From: Spirochaetales bacterium
GTDB taxonomy: Bacteria > Spirochaetota > Spirochaetia > JABEVK01
Assembly: GCA_037142615.1 (NCBI GenBank)
Contig: JBAXAI010000008.1
Coordinates: 1-64,000, forward strand
DNA length: 64,000 nucleotides
Direction: 5' to 3'
Shown piece after piece: positions 57,469 to 64,000 of this stretch. How positions within the stretch are numbered: position 1 is the stretch's first letter; the number at the start of each line of letters is the position of its first letter. A program made the position numbers and the translations under genes. The notes beneath the pieces were generated by a model. It was not told the origin of the DNA. It saw only the letters and a list, made by a program, of their open reading frames with translations, and did not search any database.

Positions 57469-59436
57469 ATGAAGAAACTGATTCTGATGTTGGGAGCCAC
57501 CCTGATGGTTGGCGGTTTGGCCACAGCCGAAATCGCGCTCAAGGACAAGGGCAGCGGCCAGGTGGAAATCACCTTTACCTACAAAGACGACAAAGCCAGC
57601 GAAATGGGTGTGATCGGCACCCTGGACAACTGGACAGTTCCCGGTGAGGCCATGGAACGCAATGCTGCCGGTCTGTGGGAAAAAACCATCACCGCGCTCG
57701 CCACCGACGAGATCCAGTACAAGTTCTATTCCAAGGGCAGCTGGATTTTTGACGAAAGGGCCCCCGACAAAAAGGACGACGGCTACGGTGCGTTCAATGG
57801 GTTGATCGTGGTGGCCGACATTTTGTCGGGCGTTACCCCGGCCGTTCCCGGTACGGCACCCGTTGTTGTCGCCAAGGCCAAGGGCAAGCCTGGTCGACCC
57901 AAGGCGTCCTTTGGTACCCAAACTTGGGTGGCCAGCGACACGCAGTTCGACACCACGGGCGGCTTTGCGCCGACGGTGTCTGCTCTCGATGCCTACTCAC
58001 TATGGAAGTTCCAGGGAGACCTGATTCCGAACGTGCCTGGTTACTTGGAGTTGACAGCGTTCAACGGCGCTCCACAGCTTTACAATTCGGGAACCGCTGC
58101 TGGTTCGACAAAACTGGAATGGCTGGACGGCCTCAAGAATCTGGCGACCGGTGTGGGCTTCAACCCGTTTTATTACCTAGGCGGCAATGCGCGGCCCCAC
58201 CTCGACAAGTTCCGGATCGGCATCGAAACACCGTGGGTGAATTACGAGACCGGTTACAAGGGAACGATTCTGCCGGGTCACCAGTCAGTCTTGTGGGAGA
58301 CGGTTGGTGCCCCTGTTGCAGACAGCGGCTACACGCAGCTTTCCCTGGGAAAAAGCCTTCAGACCTGGGGAGACCTGGAGTTGAGTGGCGGCGTCCTGCC
58401 GAACTTCAGCTCGAGTGTCATCGGCAAGTTTGGCTTGTTCAGTTGGCTGTCGGCCTCGTTCGAAGGGTTCACTGCCGATGTCGCCTATGAACTGCGATCA
58501 CTTTCCGGCACCGATCCGACCCAGTTTCTGGTGGATCCTGCCCGTCAGGACTGGATTGTTGGCGGTTCCGCTGTGGCAGACGGTTGGTCACTGAAGTTCA
58601 ACGGCCTGTATTCGCTCTACATTCCCGGCACGACGGTTGATCTTCAAGCGTTCAATCTCAAGTCGGCCTTTCAAGTCGAAGGCGGGTATACCGACTACTA
58701 CGGCGACTCACAAACCCTCGTGGGCCTTTCGTATCGCGGAAGCAGCGCCGCCAACATGCTGTATGTGGCCAACAATGCGGTGCTTGGCCTGCCTGGATCT
58801 GCCATGGTCAGCGTCAAGGGCTTTCAAAACTTCGGCTACGAGGCAACGGTTAACTACGATGCCAGCGTTGTTACGGCGGTAACCAACATCGCAAGCAACA
58901 ACATCGGCCTCACGCTGACACCCGATCTCAGGCTGAACCTGGACGTTCTGACCTCAAACGCCCTGAAGTGGAAACTCGACCTATACGCCCAGTTGGCGTC
59001 GAATACGAAGGGTGCCTTGGTCTCGTTGCCCGTGGCAGGGCTCGTGGCCCACTCCGACGAAATTGACTTGTACTACCGCTGGGATGCTTCCGATACCACA
59101 AACAACGTGCTGTTCAACTCGGTGTTAGGGCAAGTTCGTTTTGGGCCGCTGGCCTTGCAGTTGGGTGGTGCACTGCGTACCGGCGCGAGTTCGGGCAGCC
59201 CCTTCGGTGCCACCGCAGGGCTCACGTTCAACGTGGATGCCCCAGCTGCCAAGAATCCCGTGCTCTACAGCAACTTTGTGTATGGCATGGACCCGTATGC
59301 CTCGAGTTCCACTGCAAGCAGCTTCAACCTCACCAACTACGGCATTCCCGGTGGCCCGAACCAAAGCATCGACAGCAACTGGGCAACGTCCAAGACCACC
59401 AGCGCACTCCGCATTGGCTTGTCTTGGAACTTCTAG
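57469..59436 (+). CDS. Exported protein: CBM48-like domain plus probable outer-membrane beta-barrel (paralogue 2)
   Basis: SD AAGGA, signal peptide, N-domain 91/97 aa identical to paralogue 1, C-terminus LRIGLSWNF. Confidence 0.75.
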   Translation: MKKLILMLGATLMVGGLATAEIALKDKGSGQVEITFTYKDDKASEMGVIGTLDNWTVPGEAMERNAAGLWEKTITALATDEIQYKFYSKGSWIFDERAPDKKDDGYGAFNGLIVVADILSGVTPAVPGTAPVVVAKAKGKPGRPKASFGTQTWVASDTQFDTTGGFAPTVSALDAYSLWKFQGDLIPNVPGYLELTAFNGAPQLYNSGTAAGSTKLEWLDGLKNLATGVGFNPFYYLGGNARPHLDKFRIGIETPWVNYETGYKGTILPGHQSVLWETVGAPVADSGYTQLSLGKSLQTWGDLELSGGVLPNFSSSVIGKFGLFSWLSASFEGFTADVAYELRSLSGTDPTQFLVDPARQDWIVGGSAVADGWSLKFNGLYSLYIPGTTVDLQAFNLKSAFQVEGGYTDYYGDSQTLVGLSYRGSSAANMLYVANNAVLGLPGSAMVSVKGFQNFGYEATVNYDASVVTAVTNIASNNIGLTLTPDLRLNLDVLTSNALKWKLDLYAQLASNTKGALVSLPVAGLVAHSDEIDLYYRWDASDTTNNVLFNSVLGQVRFGPLALQLGGALRTGASSGSPFGATAGLTFNVDAPAAKNPVLYSNFVYGMDPYASSSTASSFNLTNYGIPGGPNQSIDSNWATSKTTSALRIGLSWNF

Positions 59437-59448
59437 AGTCTTTGAAAC

Positions 59449-59512
59449 CATGACTGGGGTACACCGGGCCTTGTCCGGTGTCCAGCATGAAACTCCCGCA
59501 CAACCTGCGGGA
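59449..59512 (+). other. Intercistronic stem-loops without a U-tract
   Basis: CATGACTGG..ACACCGGGC-ctt-GTCCGGTGTCCAGCATG and TCCCGCA-caacc-TGCGGGA. Confidence 0.55.
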
Positions 59513-59526
59513 TTCAGGAGCACGAT

Positions 59527-61082
59527 ATGAATCGTCTTTTCTTGGCTATGTTGTCGTTGCTGGCAGTCATTGGTCTGGCCAGTTGTGACCTTCTTGGTCC
59601 TGGTACTGACCCCGGTACCGGCGGCACCACAGATATTTTCTTGGGAACGGGAACCGGCGGTGGCACTTCCGGTTGGTGGATCAAGGGGAGCTTTGATGGC
59701 TGGGTTGGCGTGGATGACAAAGCTGTGATTGGCAGCAACACAGTCCATTTGCTTAGTGTTGACGCTGTCAACCCAAACCTCCTCAGTTTCGAGATGACAA
59801 AGGCTACTTTGGGCCTTCGCCAAGACGACTATAAGTTCGTCTTGATGGGTCCAGACCCTGCCGGTGTCGCTGCAGATCGGATCAAGTTCAACTTTGTGTT
59901 TGATGCAACAACGACAAAGTTTGCCGACAACACCGTTTACACTCTTGTTCCTTCAACAACAACGGGCACATCCGACATCGTGTTCACCGCGAGTGCCACG
60001 AGCTATACCATCTTGGTCGATACCACTGACCCGGCCGCCCCAAGAGTCAAGTTGATTCCTGGAAGCTCAGCATCGACTGCGTACACGGAACTGGAAATTG
60101 CGGACGGACTTAACCTCAAGGGCAGTGTTTTCGACGGTAGCTGGACCGCCCACACAACGGCCTCCGAAGCGGTTACTGGCACGAAAGACGCCGTATATGA
60201 TGCAACAGCCCATACGGTCACTTGGGACAACTTGAAGATTACCAAGGCCGGTGGAGCTTTCGGAATAGACTCCTTGAACGGCTGGCTCGTAGTTCCCGAC
60301 ACCGTTGCAAGCAGCTCAGCCGCTGTCGTGAATGTTATGACCGGAACTGGTAGCAATCCGACTCTCACAGGAACCCCGACTGATTTCTCCGATACGGTCT
60401 ATACCTTTGTCGTAACAATCGATTACACCAAAACCGTCGCACTTGGGCGTTACAGTCTATCGATTGCTGTCAAGACTCTCGGGACAACGGCATGGCCTGC
60501 GATCGATCCGTTGACCGTCACCATTGATATGACGAATGGTGCCGGAAACGGCGATTCTTGGGGAGCTCAACTGGGGCAAATCTCAACAGCGGTTTCCGGA
60601 TCGAACCTTTTGGTAAAAATAACGTTCGCCAAGAGAGACGCGGGTGGCGGTAACAACGTCTGGCTCTTGACAACGCGGATATAGCAACTGGAAGTACTGA
60701 TGTAACCAACGACGTATTTGCAGGTTGGGGAAATATCGGTATGACCACGAGCAGCAACCTGAACTATGATTTCATGGCTTGGGGTAGCAACGCTGGCAAA
60801 ACATCCCCTGGTTTTGGGTATGCTGGTGCAAAGACAATCATCACTGGCACGGCTACTGATGTGAAGTCGACTGTAGTGGTTGTTGAAGAGTCCGCAACAT
60901 CGACCCTTTGGTTCCAGATTCCCAAGACGGCACTCCAACTCGACGCGACACACAACCATCTGCAAGCAGTCGTGTTGTTTGGCCAAAACGGGGATATCCA
61001 TTCCATGATCCCGGCGACAACAAACGACGCCGCTTTCACTTCGTTTAGTACTGTCGCAACCCAAACAATTTCGGGCTTGTAG
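59527..61082 (+). pseudogene. Multi-domain lipoprotein with SusE/F-like starch-binding modules, split by a -1 frameshift near 60667 (ORFs 59527-60684 and 60741-61082)
   Basis: Lipobox LASC; WWIKGSFDGW...YKF and LKGSVFDGSW modules. The downstream frame is open from 60654 and reads DNADIATGSTDVTNDVFAGWGNIG into MTTSSNLNYDF. Confidence 0.7.
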
Positions 61083-61089
61083 CACTCCC

Positions 61090-61159
61090 CCCGCCAGAGC
61101 GACTGGCGGGTTTCTCTGACTTTCGACCGGCAGGACAAGTTCCTGCCGGTCTTTTTTTT
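61090..61159 (+). terminator. Tandem hairpins; the second is a strong intrinsic terminator
   Basis: CCCGCCAG-agcga-CTGGCGGG, then GACCGGCAGGA-caagt-TCCTGCCGGTC followed by T8. Confidence 0.85.
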
Positions 61160-61173
61160 CCTCGGCGCACTCC

Positions 61174-61207
61174 TTGACTTGGGGATATGTGCACACGTAT
61201 CCTGTGT
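61174..61207 (+). promoter_or_regulatory. TA operon promoter with an overlapping inverted repeat
   Basis: TTGACT-N18-TATCCT-N6-ATG; ACAC-N7-GTGT spans the -10 element. Confidence 0.55.
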
Positions 61208-61209
61208 AA

Positions 61210-61434
61210 ATGAAGAACATCACGCTCTCTATCGACGATGACCTTTTGAAGTTGGGCCGCGAGTACGCGCGTACCCAGCACCAGTCTTTCAACGTGCTGG
61301 TTCGCAGGCTCCTGGAACAAACGGTTACCAAAAAGAGTTCGTCTTGGCTCGACGAAACCTTTGTCTACATCGACAAAAACATCGATTCCCGGGTCGGCAT
61401 CACGTGGTCACGGGACGAACTGTACCGTGGCTAA
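61210..61434 (+). CDS. vapB: RHH-type antitoxin (DUF6364/VapB-like)
   Basis: MKNITLSIDDDLL...REYA, C-terminal WSRDELY; overlaps the PIN toxin gene. Confidence 0.82.
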   Translation: MKNITLSIDDDLLKLGREYARTQHQSFNVLVRRLLEQTVTKKSSSWLDETFVYIDKNIDSRVGITWSRDELYRG

Positions 61435-61867
61435 GGTCTTTCTTGATACCAACCTTCTGCTCTACACCGTCGACAAGCAAGATCCTGACAAGCACGAGCA
61501 AGCCCGCCGGGTGTTAAAGAGGATCACTTGCGACCACGTTGCGGTGATTTCAACGCAGGTGCTGCAAGAGTTCTATAGCGCCGCCACGTCGAAACTGAAG
61601 CTTGACAAGATGGTCGCCAAGCACTTGCTCCACAGCTTCGCAAACCTCGAAACCGTCGTGGCCGATCTCGCTCTGATTGAACAGGCCGTCGACATCAGTG
61701 CCCTGTTTCAACTTTCGTTTTGGGACTCTTTGGTAGTTGCCGCCGCTGAACGAGGCAACTGCTCGTATATGGTCACGGAAGACCTCAACGATGGGCAGAG
61801 TATTCGCGGCGTTCAGGTGGTGAATCCTTTCAAGAACCCAGACTTTGCCTTTGCCGACCGGAGGTGA
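61427..61867 (+). CDS. vapC: PIN-domain toxin VapC
   Basis: FLDTN, STQVLQEF, SFWDSL, TEDL.DG; GTG start. Confidence 0.88.
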   Translation: MAKVFLDTNLLLYTVDKQDPDKHEQARRVLKRITCDHVAVISTQVLQEFYSAATSKLKLDKMVAKHLLHSFANLETVVADLALIEQAVDISALFQLSFWDSLVVAAAERGNCSYMVTEDLNDGQSIRGVQVVNPFKNPDFAFADRR

Positions 61868-61931
61868 GAAAATACCCGTGCTCCGGACGAAGCCAGCGCT
61901 ATCGCGGACGCCCGTGGACTATAATTGAGCC

Positions 61932-62939
61932 ATGCGACTCAAGATCAGCACCTTCAACGCTCAGAACCTCATCCTCCCCGGGGTGAACTTTTACGGTACC
62001 TCGCGTACCAGCCCCGACGACTACATGGCCAAGTGCCAATGGATCGCGGGCCAGCTCAACCGGATGGACGCCGATCTCGTCGGCTTTCAGGAAGTGTTTC
62101 ACCGCGCCGCGCTCGAAAACACCCTCCGAATCTCGGGCCAGTACGCCCACGCCGAGATTCTCACCGAGCCCGAAACCCAGCTGACTCCCCGCGTGGCGCT
62201 GGTCAGCCGCTTGCCGGTTCGACGTTTCGAATGGATCAGCGAGTTTCCGGCTGAAGCCCACCTCGACGCCCTCGGGGTGCCCCTGCCCTTCACGCGCTTC
62301 CACCGGCCCATTCTCAAGGCGTGGATCGCGCTACCGAACGGGGTCGACACCGTGGTCTTCGTGGTGCACCTCAAATCAAAGCGGCCCATGGTGCCCGAAG
62401 GACGACCGCGCCACGATCCGGCCGAAGAGGCCCGCGGCATGGCCCGGTCGCTGATTCTGCGGGCCTGCGAGGCGGCCGCGCTCCGGTTACTGGTTCTGGC
62501 CGAGATTCAAGACACCAACACACCGGTCATTCTGATGGGAGACCTCAACGACTCGACCCATTCGGTGACCAATGACATTCTGCAGGGCCGCATCCCGCAG
62601 CGGAACTTTCCCCAGGACGTGAAAAAGACCCTGTGGGACATCCTGCTGTACAGCTGCGCCGACCTGCAGGCCCGCAAGAGCTACAAAGACGTGTACTACA
62701 CCCACCTGCACGACAGCCATTACGAAAGCCTCGACCACATTTATGTCAGCCAGGAGTTCGTCAACGAGAACCCTGCCCACATCGGGTTTGTGGAGTACAT
62801 GCGCCTGTACAACGATCATTTGCTCGACCCGGCGCTCACCGACGAACCGGCCCCAGTGGAAATCAGCGACCACGGCCAACCCTTGGTTTGCATTCGCTTG
62901 CGCGAGGCCAAGGACCACCGGTTCGGACCCAAAAGCTAG
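61932..62939 (+). CDS. Endonuclease/exonuclease/phosphatase (EEP) family protein
   Basis: TFNAQNL, GFQEV, HLKSK, GDLND, LDHI, SDHG. Confidence 0.9.
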   Translation: MRLKISTFNAQNLILPGVNFYGTSRTSPDDYMAKCQWIAGQLNRMDADLVGFQEVFHRAALENTLRISGQYAHAEILTEPETQLTPRVALVSRLPVRRFEWISEFPAEAHLDALGVPLPFTRFHRPILKAWIALPNGVDTVVFVVHLKSKRPMVPEGRPRHDPAEEARGMARSLILRACEAAALRLLVLAEIQDTNTPVILMGDLNDSTHSVTNDILQGRIPQRNFPQDVKKTLWDILLYSCADLQARKSYKDVYYTHLHDSHYESLDHIYVSQEFVNENPAHIGFVEYMRLYNDHLLDPALTDEPAPVEISDHGQPLVCIRLREAKDHRFGPKS

Positions 62940-62975
62940 TTGCCGATCGGGCCCTAGCGCCGGTATACTGACGGA

Positions 62976-64000
62976 ATGGAATCGTACTTCAAGGAGAGCC
63001 GTGTCGGCATCGGATTCATCGACATCGCCGACTACACTTTTCTTTCCAAGTTCCTGAGCCCCCAGGAAAACCAGACCCTTCTCAACGGTCTGTATTCGGC
63101 CTTTCTCATCGTGCTCCAAAAGCACGGGGGCTCGCTGAACAAGATCGAGGGCGATTCCTTGATGTTCCAGTTCGACGACTTCAGCGACCCCGAGCTCGCC
63201 AACCTCGAAGAAGAAGATCGCCACAATCACATCGTCAAAAACCTGTTCTACACCTGCGTTGAGATGCAGCGGGTGTGCGTGCTGTTCAACAACGCCGAAA
63301 AGGCCTTTTTGGCCAACCATGCCGATCCGGGGATGGCGCTGGCGTTGCAGAGGGCCTTTGCCATCATCGAGGGCCTGCGCGGCCGCAACGAAGTGTCGAA
63401 CGCCATGCACGCGTTTTTTCAGGTGCGGGTGCGCATTGGTGCCAACTACGGCGAGGTCATGCTGGGCAACTTCGGCCCCGAAGGCTACAAACACTGGGAC
63501 GTGATCGGCATGCCCGTCATCGAAGCCAAGCGCATGGAGGCCACCGCCCCGGTGGGAGGCTTGCGCATCAGCGAAAGCTTTTACCACACGCTCGAGTCCA
63601 TCGGCACGGTGAACGACTACTTCGAACGCTTTCGGCGCGAGGCCAGGCTCACCGGCAGCGTGTACGCCAACATCCAAAAGGACGAACTGTTTGCCCGGCG
63701 CAAAGTGGTGATCAGCGAAAAAAAAGGGGCCACGTACTGGACCTACAGCGTGCAGGTGAACTACAAGCTGCCTGAGCACATTGTCGGCCAAGCCCGCAGC
63801 CTGCTTGCCCACGGTCCTTCCGGGGCCGATGGTGTCATCGAGCTGCTCAAGTATTACCGGGGTAACACCTACGTGATCGACGCCCTCGAGGCCCTGTTCC
63901 GCAGCGAAGGGATACGCGTGCGAAAGCACGACCTGCTGTCGTTGATGGCCCCCAAAAAGGCCGCTGAACTGACCGGCGACATCGACAGCCAGTTCAGTCT
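62976..64000 (+). CDS. Class III adenylate/guanylate cyclase domain protein (runs off the window; absent from the ORF track)
   Basis: My translation from ATG 62976 gives GFIDIADYT, NKIEGDSLM, RVRIGANYGEVMLGNFG, WDVIG.PV..AKRME, with no stop seen to the window end. Confidence 0.88.
   Translation, partial: MESYFKESRVGIGFIDIADYTFLSKFLSPQENQTLLNGLYSAFLIVLQKHGGSLNKIEGDSLMFQFDDFSDPELANLEEEDRHNHIVKNLFYTCVEMQRVCVLFNNAEKAFLANHADPGMALALQRAFAIIEGLRGRNEVSNAMHAFFQVRVRIGANYGEVMLGNFGPEGYKHWDVIGMPVIEAKRMEATAPVGGLRISESFYHTLESIGTVNDYFERFRREARLTGSVYANIQKDELFARRKVVISEKKGATYWTYSVQVNYKLPEHIVGQARSLLAHGPSGADGVIELLKYYRGNTYVIDALEALFRSEGIRVRKHDLLSLMAPKKAAELTGDIDSQFS

Noticed and set aside
61210-61867. TA pair as a marker of a mobile or defence island
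   Set aside because: Ordinary solitary vapBC-type pair; no transposase, integrase or flanking repeats.

Overview
A GC-rich (about 60% by eye) chromosomal window from a spirochaete. The cheA/cheW-cheR/cheX/cheY operon, the long PPi-dependent PFK and TP0733-like and pallilysin-related envelope genes support this assignment. Most of it is housekeeping: pstCAB-phoU-phoBR, dusA, pgm, an alternative sigma-70 factor, tRNA-Val(GAC), split purH, folD, amtB-glnK, ABC-F, RNase II, rex, signalling proteins and a vapBC-type TA pair. Two blocks stand out. (1) At 41.4-46.3 kb, a tightly coupled operon encodes the archaeal route to coenzyme A in a bacterium: pantoate kinase, phosphopantothenate synthetase, PanB, an MfnA/GAD-type PLP aspartate decarboxylase and an archaeal-looking CoaBC. 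(2) At 52.8-61.1 kb, a putative alpha-glucan capture locus has a GH13 amylase lipoprotein divergent from two [CBM48 + probable outer-membrane beta-barrel] proteins, each followed by a lipoprotein, with LacI-like operators in between and no SusC/SusD or MalE in the window. Also noted: a candidate standalone structured small RNA at about 51.9-52.1 kb, a frameshift in the last starch-locus lipoprotein, and several apparently leaderless genes. All calls come from motif recognition by eye; no database searches were run.
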